This document shows, piece after piece, positions 1 through 8,958 of a stretch of DNA of 27,432 nt. A program made the translations under genes and the position numbers. Origin of the DNA: a virus (taxonomy: Duplodnaviria > Heunggongvirae > Uroviricota > Caudoviricetes). The stretch is from the IMG/VR virus record IMGVR_UViG_2695420763_000018. The stretch is one strand, 5' to 3'. Each line of letters begins with the position of its first letter. Positions within the stretch are counted from its first letter, which is position 1. The notes beneath the pieces were generated by a model that did not search any database, had not been told where the DNA came from, and was given only the letters and a program-made list of their open reading frames with translations.

Positions 1-642
1 CTACATAGTGCCTTCGCTACGTCGATAAATTTCAACTCGACGGGGCATAATATGGCGGATCTGCTCCACCTTCTTCTGCCCGAAATCATCACCATCAATA
101 ATGATGACCTCTTTTATACGCAAATCAGTGAGAACAACTTTCCCTTTTTCAACTTTCGATTTCCATCCAATAACCTGGCGTGGATTCAGCATCGTAACGT
201 ACGGACGACCACCGGTCGCGTTTTCATCGGCTTTTGTCCGAATCTCTTTCATATCCGTTCGTGGATAGTCCACCAGCGCATGTGCCACACCATACTGAAA
301 TGCGAGGCTGAAAAATTGCTGCGCCCACACATCCAGTCGGCTCCCCTCCATGTCGATATTTTCTGCATATTCCCTGATTTTTGCCGGCGTTTCCTCACTC
401 AATACTGTCGGCTCTGCAAATATGCGCCCAATATTTTGCTTGATGCTTTCTTCATACACAGGAAGTAGCGTAGCCACAGACAGGCGTTTTTTATAAGCGT
501 CTTCATCTTCGTTAGGCCATTTTGGGAGATAATTTTCCCCCTGCCTGCGCATTTCAAGCGTACCGCCCATCAGTGCGTCGTTAATATCCCACGCCTCCAG
601 CATATCGTTATAGTCGAGGTTGGGTGTTGATATATCAGCCAT
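1..642 (-). CDS. putative portal protein, N-terminal 213 codons; gene runs off the 5' edge of the window
   Basis: Open minus-strand frame starting at ATG 642, 2 nt after the terminase large subunit stop; position immediately downstream of TerL is typical for portal. No motif-level confirmation. Confidence 0.45.
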   Translation of the reverse strand: MADISTPNLDYNDMLEAWDINDALMGGTLEMRRQGENYLPKWPNEDEDAYKKRLSVATLLPVYEESIKQNIGRIFAEPTVLSEETPAKIREYAENIDMEGSRLDVWAQQFFSLAFQYGVAHALVDYPRTDMKEIRTKADENATGGRPYVTMLNPRQVIGWKSKVEKGKVVLTDLRIKEVIIIDGDDFGQKKVEQIRHIMPRRVEIYRRSEGTM

Positions 643-644
643 AA

Positions 645-1955
645 TTAAATCCGAAGTGATGTGACTCTTCCGGTCGGTTTGACAATAGGGAATTGTTTAA
701 CGATGAAATAACCTCCGGCATCATTCGGGTGATCATTGCCAGATTTTTTATCAGGCTCCCCCTTCTCATCCCAGACCTGTTGCTCCAGAGATTCGGCATA
801 TAACGGGCAACGCTTCACATTAACTTTATAGCGACGCTCACCATTGGCATTGCAGAACATTGCATTCATTGAGTTAACGCGATCTTTTACTGGCGGGTTC
901 GAGCTGTTCACCACAACGTTAAAACCAGCCTGCTTAAGCTGGGCTATATCCGTCGTACTTGCGTTACTTGATTTTCTGGAATCCCCGGAAGCATCTGGAT
1001 AAATATAAATTTCCCTCACTTTCCGGTAATCATTCCCATCATACAGCCAGAAGCGTTCTTTAATGATGCGGATCATATCCGGCGTATCGTAGGCATTGAT
1101 GATTTCAGTTACCGCACATGGAAGCCCCAAACGCAGCACATGGACGATTCCCGCCATCTTTCCAACGTTAAAATCCATCCCAATATAAATCGGCTCCCCT
1201 GGCTGCTCCACTTCTTCGCAATTATTCAGTTTCCGGTCAAACTGATGGTAAACAGTACCACTTGTCAGGTTAGTAAACTGTCCTCGAAGATAGGCTTTAA
1301 TCAGCTCTGGAGGGTATGATTCAAGAAGCGAAGGAATGTAATCTGCTGGCAGGTTCTTTTCATTATCGAAAGTAGATGCCTGCACCAGACCATACAGTGA
1401 GGCCAGCTCTGTTTTTTCACGCACGGCTTTAACAAACTGCTCGTAGACAAATTTGAATCCTTCCGGCGTGGTTGTAACGTCAATACCGTTGCGAAGTCCA
1501 TCAATCTTATAACGCATACGTGCAATTATCTTGCGCCACGCCGTTCTGGCTTTTTCCTTCGGCAAAATGTCCAGTTCATCCACCAACGCATTACCAATTT
1601 TGAAACCGACGATCGTTTGTGGCTTCTCCATCGATCTGCAGATAGTGGTTCCCCGATACTGGCGTCCGTAATAAAAGTGAACCTCTTTATTTCCCTCATT
1701 AATTTTTACGTTCAATCCCCAGTCAGCAGCAACTTCTTCCACTGTAGGGTAAAAAATATCGCGAATTTGGGGATACGTTGGCGCAAAATATCCCTGATTT
1801 ATACCTGGATGCTCCCAAATCCCCTTGCATATGCCGCCACACCCAACCCATGTTTTGCCCGAGCCAAAACCAGCAATATAGGCTTTAAATTTATGGGGCA
1901 TTGAAAGAAATCGCGCCTGAGGCACATTAAGCGTCGGAGAGATCATCTTCATCAC
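645..1955 (-). CDS. terminase large subunit (ATPase/nuclease)
   Basis: 436-aa ORF with Walker A-like motif GFGSGKTW near the N-terminus and acidic motifs further on; overlaps the upstream small-subunit gene by about 29 nt. Exact start among the MMKM codons is uncertain. Confidence 0.8.
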   Translation of the reverse strand: MMKMISPTLNVPQARFLSMPHKFKAYIAGFGSGKTWVGCGGICKGIWEHPGINQGYFAPTYPQIRDIFYPTVEEVAADWGLNVKINEGNKEVHFYYGRQYRGTTICRSMEKPQTIVGFKIGNALVDELDILPKEKARTAWRKIIARMRYKIDGLRNGIDVTTTPEGFKFVYEQFVKAVREKTELASLYGLVQASTFDNEKNLPADYIPSLLESYPPELIKAYLRGQFTNLTSGTVYHQFDRKLNNCEEVEQPGEPIYIGMDFNVGKMAGIVHVLRLGLPCAVTEIINAYDTPDMIRIIKERFWLYDGNDYRKVREIYIYPDASGDSRKSSNASTTDIAQLKQAGFNVVVNSSNPPVKDRVNSMNAMFCNANGERRYKVNVKRCPLYAESLEQQVWDEKGEPDKKSGNDHPNDAGGYFIVKQFPIVKPTGRVTSLRI

Positions 1956-3021
1956 TCCTTACTCTGGCATCAACCACATTAATATTGATCGCCACAGGCT
2001 GGGGATGTTCATTATCTTCCACCGTTTCGATCTCTTTGCGCAGCTTCTGGTTTTCCATTCTGCGCCGTTCAATTTCCAGTTCCTGTAGCCGTTTATCTGC
2101 ACATAAAGCCCCGCCAGCAGAAAACAAACGCAACAATTCACGCCGGGCGGCAGCCTTATCCTCCAGCAGGATCTCAACGCCGAATTTTCCGAATTTTGCC
2201 CCTGCATATAATTGCCGCGCATCCCCATCAAGCAGAGTGGTATCAGCCATATAAAGCTGTCCCGTTCCCTCACCGCAGCACTTCGGGCAGTCCGGATTGG
2301 GTATGGCGTTATCAACAAAGCCGAGGCCTCCATATTCCGGTTCGGGTTTGCCATCTCTGGAAGCCTGCGCCGCTGCCTTGTCGAATTCTGCTATATCGCG
2401 CCACTGGTAGAGATGATTCTCGCCCCAGCAATAACGGCAGTTAACACGGCGAAATTGTGCAAGCTGATTGGGGTCGGCCAGGACAATAGCCATCAACTGA
2501 CTCACTAGTAAATCCAGGTCTGCGGTATAGCGTTTCTGGTACTGATTGCGGAAGTAGCTGATAGCGCGAAAAACCCTGGCATTTCTAAGCATACGACTGG
2601 CGTTGCTGTTAGCTGTCGCACCTTGCCCCTCATAACCGGCTAGTCGGTACGCCTCTGTCGGCTTTTTACCCTGAGCAACAAGCATCGCAAACTTAGCCTG
2701 CTGGTCAGAAATGCCGAATTCATCGGGACAGAACGAAAATTCCTCCGCGTCGCCCTCATTCAGGCCCGCATCGAATACTGGCTTTTTTTCCTGAGATTTT
2801 TCGTTCCGCTTTTGTGCAGTCTGCGCAGATTTTTTCTGCGCACTTTTTTGCGCAGTTTTGCACATTTCTGTCTGCGCATTTTTCGGAGTTTTTTTGATGT
2901 AACGACGGGCTGTTGCGTAATTCAGTCCCCTTGCTTCACACCATGCCACCGGAGATATACCGGAGCGGGTGTATTCAGCAATATACTCCTGCTGCAACGC
3001 CCCCCAGTCCGGTCTGCTCAT
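1927..3021 (-). CDS. terminase small subunit, unusually long (364 aa), with N-terminal HTH-like region and Cys-rich C-terminal region
   Basis: Central segment QQAKFAMLVAQGKKPTEAYRLAGYEGQGATANSNASRMLRN matches my recollection of the P27/Terminase_2 small-subunit signature; Cys cluster CRYCW...CPKCCGEG suggests a zinc ribbon; lies directly upstream of TerL. Confidence 0.6.
   Translation of the reverse strand: MSRPDWGALQQEYIAEYTRSGISPVAWCEARGLNYATARRYIKKTPKNAQTEMCKTAQKSAQKKSAQTAQKRNEKSQEKKPVFDAGLNEGDAEEFSFCPDEFGISDQQAKFAMLVAQGKKPTEAYRLAGYEGQGATANSNASRMLRNARVFRAISYFRNQYQKRYTADLDLLVSQLMAIVLADPNQLAQFRRVNCRYCWGENHLYQWRDIAEFDKAAAQASRDGKPEPEYGGLGFVDNAIPNPDCPKCCGEGTGQLYMADTTLLDGDARQLYAGAKFGKFGVEILLEDKAAARRELLRLFSAGGALCADKRLQELEIERRRMENQKLRKEIETVEDNEHPQPVAININVVDARVRSDEDDLSDA
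2813..2877. repeat. cluster of about six T-rich/GCGCA direct repeats inside the small terminase gene (candidate pac site)
   Basis: Plus strand reads tgtgcag, ctgcgcag, tctgcgcac, ttgcgcag, ttgcaca, tctgcgca within about 65 bp; encodes the low-complexity AQK-rich segment of TerS. Confidence 0.35.
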
Positions 3022-3024
3022 CAG

Positions 3025-3276
3025 TTAGTCCTGATTTTTATCCACCCTGAGTAGTTCGCGCAGAGCAAAGGCATCCCCTTTTCTGGCAAGCTTAAACAAT
3101 GCCGCTCGTAACTCGGCTTCACCCTTCGCTCTGCCCTTACGGATGGCCGCATAAAAATCTGTCATTGCTTCCCGATTTTCTTTCAGTCGGTTCAGATCAA
3201 CATCCAGAACGTCAGCGATTTGTTGTGCAGTCATCCGGCACGCTGCCAGAGACTCGACTTTCGAATACGGAATCAT
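3025..3276 (-). CDS. hypothetical small protein (83 aa), possible HTH DNA-binding protein
   Basis: ORF between the 402-aa gene and TerS; segment MTAQQIADVLDVDLNRL is HTH-like. Overlaps the stop of the upstream gene, so the start is uncertain. Confidence 0.4.
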   Translation of the reverse strand: MIPYSKVESLAACRMTAQQIADVLDVDLNRLKENREAMTDFYAAIRKGRAKGEAELRAALFKLARKGDAFALRELLRVDKNQD

Positions 3277-4420
3277 TTGTCACCCCCATTGATATGCAGG
3301 GTGTCTTCTTCCTGTATTTTTCGTGAAGGATTTTTACTGCAGCGTTGTTCCAGGTGACCTGATGGTGAATGCGTTTATGGCTGGCACCCATCAGTGAGAT
3401 TTTTACGCACGACGGCGCATACATGACGGAGTAAAAACTTTTAACGTAGGTTCCGGAATCCAAATACAGCTCGGTCATTCCGCCGCTGTTTTTCTGCGTC
3501 TGTTTCTGCCCTAACTGGACAGCACCGATCGTCATAAACAATTCACCACAGCGACCGAGATTCGTGTACGTATTCACATCCTCGTTAATGCGCCCCATGA
3601 ATGAGAACGGTCGATCAACCGAACAGATAAAGCTGTTCATTGCCTTGCGTTTCACCCACGAAGCATGGCCGCCATTGTCACCAAGAAAATCCCCGCCCTG
3701 CGACATAGCGATGGAAAGAGCAGGTATTGATTCGTAGTACGCCAGCATTTCAGAAAGGATCGCATCCAGTTTCCTTATCGGAAAATAGGCCTGGTCATAG
3801 TTGCGATCCACCCGAAACTGGAACTCGTGATAATCATCATCGAGCTGAATGAAGTATTTACACCCGACCAGTTTTGCCTGGTCGAAACAGGCATTACGGG
3901 CGTAAAAAATTGAGCGGCGGTCACAGAAATTATCGGCTTCGTCAAAACGACTGGCGATATCGGCTTTGGAAAACACCAGCACCTGTTCACCAAATTCAGC
4001 CATGTACTGATGCCGTGTCTTATCTTCATCATCAACAACGATAAAAATTTTCCCGGTATAGCCAGCACGACGCAACGTCCGGTAAGTCAGAACTTTGTCC
4101 GGTCGCCCGTGAGTCAGAATAAAGGCGCAAAAATCATCACGCATATTCTCCTCCTCACCACCATGCATGATCTCCACCATGCGCTGCGTCATCCGGACAA
4201 ATCCATTTTCAATAGCCTGCTGATAATCAATGATCACCAGCGCCGACTCCTCGAAAAAACACTGAATTTCAGCGGGGGCGTGAGCGTAATAGTCCGCAAT
4301 TCTGCTGAAATTAAACACCGTGTGACGTTCTGCCGCACACAGGAGGAATTTCTCAATATCAGGCTCAAGGGACGCCGAACGTATCCGGCTCCTCCTCATT
4401 TCCTGTACCGGGCAAAACAT
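3212..4420 (-). CDS. hypothetical protein with GT-A-like glycosyltransferase motif spacing (function unassigned)
   Basis: 402-aa ORF; segments THGRPDK, then VVDDED about 25 aa later, then QLDDDY about 55 aa later, resemble the GT-A nucleotide-sugar transferase pattern. No hydrophobic transmembrane-length segment seen. Start uncertain because the first 56 nt overlap the ParB-like gene. Confidence 0.5.
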   Translation of the reverse strand: MFCPVQEMRRSRIRSASLEPDIEKFLLCAAERHTVFNFSRIADYYAHAPAEIQCFFEESALVIIDYQQAIENGFVRMTQRMVEIMHGGEEENMRDDFCAFILTHGRPDKVLTYRTLRRAGYTGKIFIVVDDEDKTRHQYMAEFGEQVLVFSKADIASRFDEADNFCDRRSIFYARNACFDQAKLVGCKYFIQLDDDYHEFQFRVDRNYDQAYFPIRKLDAILSEMLAYYESIPALSIAMSQGGDFLGDNGGHASWVKRKAMNSFICSVDRPFSFMGRINEDVNTYTNLGRCGELFMTIGAVQLGQKQTQKNSGGMTELYLDSGTYVKSFYSVMYAPSCVKISLMGASHKRIHHQVTWNNAAVKILHEKYRKKTPCISMGVTNDSVFESRVSGSVPDDCTTNR

Positions 4421-4826
4421 CCGTCAACAGTTCATCAATTTCTGTCGGGATGAAGCCTGTCAGGGAGACATCAAAATCAGCATTGATTAGGTCCGACAGC
4501 TCCATCCGCAACAGATCTTCATCCCAGCCAGCATTCATCGGCAGGCGATTATCTGCCAGGCGGTACGCCTTTTTCTGCTCATCCGTCAGGCCAGACAGAA
4601 CAATGACCGGAACAGAATCCATTTTGAGCATTTCAGCCGCCATAACACGACCGTGACCCGCAATAATTTCGCCCTTTTCGTCAATCAGCACCGGATTAGT
4701 CCAGCCGAATTGCTTAATACTTTCTACCAGTTGTGCCACCTGCTCAGTACTGTGCGTCCTGGCGTTGTGCGCATTCGGTGACAATTCTTGTAATGGGCGA
4801 TAGACTATCTTTAATTTCTCGCTCAT
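4365..4826 (-). CDS. ParB-like nuclease-domain protein
   Basis: 153-aa ORF with ParB N-terminal-domain-like segment NPVLIDEKGEIIAGHGRVMAA. Sits at the position where I recall the short ynaK/ydaY remnants of K-12 Rac. Confidence 0.7.
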   Translation of the reverse strand: MSEKLKIVYRPLQELSPNAHNARTHSTEQVAQLVESIKQFGWTNPVLIDEKGEIIAGHGRVMAAEMLKMDSVPVIVLSGLTDEQKKAYRLADNRLPMNAGWDEDLLRMELSDLINADFDVSLTGFIPTEIDELLTDVLPGTGNEEEPDTFGVP

Positions 4827-4829
4827 ACA

Positions 4830-4867
4830 GCCTTGCTTTATGAATAAAACGCACCCCAGCAGCCAGT
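4830..4867 (-). terminator. candidate intrinsic terminator downstream of trkG
   Basis: Stem ccccag (4844-4849) pairs with ctgggg (4862-4867) around a 12-nt loop; on the minus strand it is followed by a U-rich run (plus-strand aataaaac at 4833-4840). Confidence 0.35.
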
Positions 4868-4963
4868 GCTACTGGGGACGGAGGTGTTGCTGGTAAAGTT
4901 AGGTATTGGATCAATGAGTGAGTCAACATAATATTAAACTCACAATTATAAATCAGCCATATA

Positions 4964-6439
4964 TTAGGAGCGCCAAAAAAAACCTGAAAACAATATAATA
5001 ACAGGATAAATTTCAAGGCGACCAAGAATCATAGCTATGCACATTAAACATTTTGCAATGTCATTAAGCACTCCGAATGACGATGCAGTAGCCCCAAAAC
5101 CTAATCCCATATTATTAATACATGCAGCCACTGTTGCAAATGATGTAAGAAAATCATATCCCATACCATTTAACACCAGTATAAAAAACACCGTGAAGAG
5201 AGTATAAAGAAAAAAGAAACTCCATACAGACCTCATTACACGATCTGTAACTATCTTCCCTCCTACATTTACACTCAACAACGCTCTGGGATGAGAAAGC
5301 TGATTTATCTCGTGTTTGCTTTGTTTGAAAAGTATAAGAAATCGAAGTGACTTAATTCCACCACAAGTTGAACCTATACATCCCCCAAAGAAACTTGACA
5401 ACAGCAAAAACACTATCGTGTGCGTGGGCCAACTTGCATAATCCTGCGTAGCTAAACCATTATCAGTGAGCATGGAGCTGGCAAGAAAAAACGAATGAAT
5501 AAAACTTCCATGCAAGTCATACATACCTATATGCCAGACCTGGAAAGAGGTAACAATGATCACCCCTAAGGCTATTAACAGAAAGAAACGAAGTTCAATA
5601 TCTCTGATTAAAGGTTTTATCGTTTTCCTGCTAATAACAATATACCAAAGAGTGAAGTTGAAAGCCGATAGCAGGGAAAAAGAACCAGCCACCAGCTCAA
5701 CCAAATAGTTATTAAAATATCCGATACTCTCGCTATGAGTTGAGAAACCACCAAGCGAAACTGTGGAAATCCCGTGACAAATAGCATCAAACAAAGGCAT
5801 TCCTGCAAGTCTATAACAGACAATACAAGCAATACCTAATAAAGAATAAGTTATCCACAGTGTCCGTGACGTATCGGCCAGGCGGGGAGTGAGTTTGTCA
5901 TCCTTAAATGGCCCCGGCATTTCTGACTGATAAAGCTTTGCACCACCAATACCCAATAATGGCAATACAGCAACCGCCAGAACAATAACTCCTAAACCAC
6001 CTATAAAATTTAACTGTGACCGATAGTACAAATATGCCCGAGGTAATGAACTAACATCATCAATTACAGTTGCTCCTGTTGTTGTTATTCCAGAAACCCC
6101 TTCAAACAGAGCATCAATGAACGTTAAATTAAGTTCTGAGTCAATCCATAAAGGGAATGCACTAATAACAGAAAACAAAATCCAAAACATTACAATTATA
6201 ATAAACCCATCACGGGTACGTAATTGAATGCCAGATTTCTTAGTTGTATACCACGCTCCGCCACCAATGCAAAAAAATATAACGAAAGTTATAAAGAAAA
6301 CGAACAGGCTTTTTTCTTTATAAAACAATGCTACAACCATTGGTGGCAACATTGAAAGACTATAGAGCCAAACCAGGAACCCACACATATGAGTAACAAC
6401 TCTTACATGAGATGTATTCATATCTAAATATTCTTTCAA
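4964..6439 (-). CDS. trkG: Trk-system K+ uptake protein TrkG
   Basis: 491-aa polytopic membrane protein with repeated GxGxxG-like pore segments, recognised as TrkG of Rac; gene and flanks are visibly AT-rich relative to the surrounding phage genes. Confidence 0.9.
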   Translation of the reverse strand: MKEYLDMNTSHVRVVTHMCGFLVWLYSLSMLPPMVVALFYKEKSLFVFFITFVIFFCIGGGAWYTTKKSGIQLRTRDGFIIIVMFWILFSVISAFPLWIDSELNLTFIDALFEGVSGITTTGATVIDDVSSLPRAYLYYRSQLNFIGGLGVIVLAVAVLPLLGIGGAKLYQSEMPGPFKDDKLTPRLADTSRTLWITYSLLGIACIVCYRLAGMPLFDAICHGISTVSLGGFSTHSESIGYFNNYLVELVAGSFSLLSAFNFTLWYIVISRKTIKPLIRDIELRFFLLIALGVIIVTSFQVWHIGMYDLHGSFIHSFFLASSMLTDNGLATQDYASWPTHTIVFLLLSSFFGGCIGSTCGGIKSLRFLILFKQSKHEINQLSHPRALLSVNVGGKIVTDRVMRSVWSFFFLYTLFTVFFILVLNGMGYDFLTSFATVAACINNMGLGFGATASSFGVLNDIAKCLMCIAMILGRLEIYPVIILFSGFFWRS

Positions 6440-6558
6440 TTATAACCACCTTGCTGCAATATTATGATTATACTGTATAAAATTTAACTCCTCTTAGATC
6501 TTACTTCACTGTTCCTTATGAAACAATCATCAAAATGAATCATATTGTAGTTAAGATT

Positions 6559-7023
6559 TTACTTTAAACACTGCTCGGTTATGTATTGCTGAGCACCTTC
6601 AAGTTGGGCCTGCATCATTACCAGTCGTTCCCGGAGGGTGAAATAATCCCGTTCAGCGGTGTCTGCCAGTCGGGGGGAGGCTGCATTATCCACGCCGGAG
6701 GCGGTGGTGGCTTCACGCACTGACTGACAGACTGCTTTGATGTGCAACCGACGACGACCAGCGGCAACATCATCACGCAGAGCATCATTTTCAGCTTTCG
6801 CATCAGCTAACTCCTTCGTGTATTTTGCATCGAGCGCAGCAACATCACGCTGACGCATCTGCATGTCAGTAATTGCCGCGTTCGCCAGCTTCAGTTCTCT
6901 GGCATTTTTGTCGCGCTGGGCTTTGTAGGTAATGGCGTTATCACGGTAATGATTAACAGCCCATGACAGGCAGACGATGATGCAGATAACCAGAGCGGAG
7001 ATAATCGCGGTTACTCTGTTCAT
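6559..7023 (-). CDS. rzpR: i-spanin Rz
   Basis: N-terminal TM segment then coiled-coil-like region. ATG at 7023 overlaps the endolysin TGA stop (ATGA). Intact here, whereas I recall it as truncated in K-12. Confidence 0.8.
   Translation of the reverse strand: MNRVTAIISALVICIIVCLSWAVNHYRDNAITYKAQRDKNARELKLANAAITDMQMRQRDVAALDAKYTKELADAKAENDALRDDVAAGRRRLHIKAVCQSVREATTASGVDNAASPRLADTAERDYFTLRERLVMMQAQLEGAQQYITEQCLK
6618..6803 (-). CDS. rzoR: o-spanin Rz1 lipoprotein, embedded in the +1 frame of Rz
   Basis: 61-aa ORF wholly inside Rz; signal peptide with lipobox VVVGC and proline-rich mature part (PPPPP, PPP). Confidence 0.8.
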   Translation of the reverse strand: MRKLKMMLCVMMLPLVVVGCTSKQSVSQCVKPPPPPAWIMQPPPDWQTPLNGIISPSGNDW

Positions 7024-7517
7024 TGCTGACCCCACAAACAGATTTCACGCTCAATCTCACGACGAGTCATGAGACCTTTCCATTGCTTACCGCCAGCATA
7101 TGTCCAGCGACGTAGCTGATCACATGCGCCTTTGATATCGCCCTGGTTTATTTTGCGAAGAAGCGTCGATGTTCTGAAATTGCCAGCACCCACGTTGTAA
7201 ACGAATGAGTAAAGAGCGCCGCGCGTTGTTTCCGGTATATCGACTTTGATGTACGTGTTAATTTGTCTGGCGACAGTGGCAAGGTCTTTATTCAAGAGTG
7301 TTTTGCATTCTGCTTTGGTATACGTTTTACCGAGCATGATGTCTTTTCCTGTATGCCCGTGACATACAGTCCATACACCAACAATATCTTTGTATGGTAT
7401 GTAGCTGACACCTTCCAGACCATCGTTACCACTTGGGCCAGTGATTAACACTGATGCTATAGCAATTGCTCCGCCACCAATAGCAGCAGCAACGACTTTT
7501 CGTAATGATGGAGGCAT
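7020..7517 (-). CDS. SAR endolysin (phage 21 R-type lysozyme)
   Basis: 165 aa; N-terminal Gly/Ala-rich signal-anchor-release segment [18 protein letters not shown] followed by a lysozyme catalytic region; closely matches my recollection of R21. Confidence 0.85.
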   Translation of the reverse strand: MPPSLRKVVAAAIGGGAIAIASVLITGPSGNDGLEGVSYIPYKDIVGVWTVCHGHTGKDIMLGKTYTKAECKTLLNKDLATVARQINTYIKVDIPETTRGALYSFVYNVGAGNFRTSTLLRKINQGDIKGACDQLRRWTYAGGKQWKGLMTRREIEREICLWGQQ

Positions 7518-7732
7518 TATTCACCTCTCGCAGCCTTGCGCTTATCTTCTTTAATCTTGAAATAAAGGTTTGTCAGGTACGTCAGCAGGCCAAATACCAG
7601 ACTACCCAGCACACCGATTGCAGCCCACTGTGACGGAGTTACTCTATCGAGCAACTGTAAAAACCAGTAGCCAGCACTGCCTGCGGAGGTGCCGTAGGCA
7701 ATGCCTGTTGAAATTTTGTCCATGGATTTCAT
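7517..7732 (-). CDS. pinholin (phage 21 S-type) with dual-start motif MKSM
   Basis: Matches the S21 pinholin from [26 protein letters not shown] onward; M1 and M4 give the antiholin/holin pair. The 19 codons upstream in the tracked ORF (to 7789) are probably not translated. Confidence 0.8.
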   Translation of the reverse strand: MKSMDKISTGIAYGTSAGSAGYWFLQLLDRVTPSQWAAIGVLGSLVFGLLTYLTNLYFKIKEDKRKAARGE

Positions 7733-7832
7733 AGCCTCACCTCCGCACGGAACGGATGGCATAGTTATTATGTGTAGGCTTTCAGACACATCTATCAGAG
7801 CCTTAATTGATATATATGCTGGAGACGATGCA

Positions 7833-7858
7833 ATATAAAAAGCTCGCCGTAGCGAGCT
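7833..7858 (-). terminator. intrinsic terminator downstream of lipoprotein gene 1, upstream of the holin
   Basis: Stem agctcgc (7841-7847), loop cgta, stem gcgagct (7852-7858); on the minus strand followed by a U-run (plus-strand ataaaa 7835-7840). Confidence 0.6.
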
Positions 7859-7983
7859 AATAAAATGTATTTCTCTGATATTATGTTTATTTGTATTAGC
7901 TCAGACTTGACATCACAGGTTTCGTATATAGAACATCATCAAATCTGTCAGTTTGCTATGAATGAGATATAGTAATTGAAGAG

Positions 7984-8379
7984 CTAACCTCGCATGTCAA
8001 AGCCAGATTTCTGAAAATCTCTGTAGACTTCCGGATTGTTGAAGGCCGGAAATTTGGCTTTATGAGCTGCGGACTTTATCGCTTCGCAATAGGCTTTATC
8101 ACCGTTACTGGTAGATATTTTTAACGCCGTGCCATCCTGAGAGAATTCCATATGCAACCTGCATTTTTTCCCTTTCCAGTTATGCGGCTCATCAAGTTTG
8201 GCATTAATTGCAGCTCTGATTCCCCGCGCTTGCGCCCCCCATTCATCCTGATCATCCCAGCGTCCTGAACTGCAACTACCTGTAGCAGTAGTTTTGTGGC
8301 AATCTGAAGGGTGTAAAGGTGTGCATCCCGCAACAAAACCGACCCAAAAAGTCAACATAACGATTTTCTTTAATCCCAC
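7984..8379 (-). CDS. lipoprotein with TolA-domain-III-like C-terminal domain (paralogue 1)
   Basis: 131 aa; signal peptide with lipobox FVAGC; GTG start at 8379 preceded by GAGGAG at 6-nt spacing. C-terminal half aligns with paralogue 2 (GKxCxLxM...G..L......GD...C.EA..A...A..PA...PEVY..FQ). Confidence 0.7.
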   Translation of the reverse strand: MGLKKIVMLTFWVGFVAGCTPLHPSDCHKTTATGSCSSGRWDDQDEWGAQARGIRAAINAKLDEPHNWKGKKCRLHMEFSQDGTALKISTSNGDKAYCEAIKSAAHKAKFPAFNNPEVYRDFQKSGFDMRG

Positions 8380-8529
8380 TTCTTGCTCCTCAATCCATTA
8401 AAATCTCAGCAATAGTAGTTGTTACGTCCGCCACTGGCTCAGAGCTGACTATCCGCTAAATTTAGCTCAGTGCCGTAGCTGTGTCAGAACAAACCTAAGC
8501 CGAAACCGTTTATTACAAAACAATAAATA

Positions 8530-8958
8530 TCAGGGTTTAAAATCCAGCACCCCATTTTGAAATACTTTATATACTTCCGGCGAAGGGGGGGCAGGTATAT
8601 CAGCATTCTTTATCGCATTCATCGCTTCACGACATAAATCGAGGTCTCCACTTTCTCTTTTAACCTCCAGTAGAAGGCCATTCGGGGCCATATGCATTCT
8701 CAGTGTACACTCTTTTCCTGAATACTTACTCGCATCCCCGAACTGTTTTTCGATGGCGCTCTTGATTTGATGGGCATACAGACGGATATCCTCACTAACA
8801 TCAGAAGTACGTTCAGATGAACTCACATACTGTGTCTCTATTGCTTTATCGGAGTAATATGATGTACGGTCATGATAATTTGTCGATACAGCATCAGTGC
8901 ACCCGATAATAATCCCACTAATAATCAACGTAAGAATTGATGCGCTACGAAAACCCAT
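8530..8958 (-). CDS. lipoprotein with TolA-domain-III-like C-terminal domain (paralogue 2)
   Basis: 142 aa; lipobox IIIGC. C-terminal segment QIKSAIEKQFGDASKYSGKECTLRMHMAPNGLLLEVKRESGDLDLCREAMNAIKNADIPAPPSPEVYKVFQNGVLDFKP closely resembles the TolA C-terminus as I remember it. Confidence 0.75.
   Translation of the reverse strand: MGFRSASILTLIISGIIIGCTDAVSTNYHDRTSYYSDKAIETQYVSSSERTSDVSEDIRLYAHQIKSAIEKQFGDASKYSGKECTLRMHMAPNGLLLEVKRESGDLDLCREAMNAIKNADIPAPPSPEVYKVFQNGVLDFKP

Noticed and set aside
1301-2508. Overlapping ORFs on both strands inside the terminase genes
   Set aside because: Nested within or antisense to the large and small terminase frames; no independent signals.
7733-7789. N-terminal 19 codons of the tracked holin ORF
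   Set aside because: Not part of the S21-type pinholin, which begins at the MKSM dual start; extension lacks an SD.
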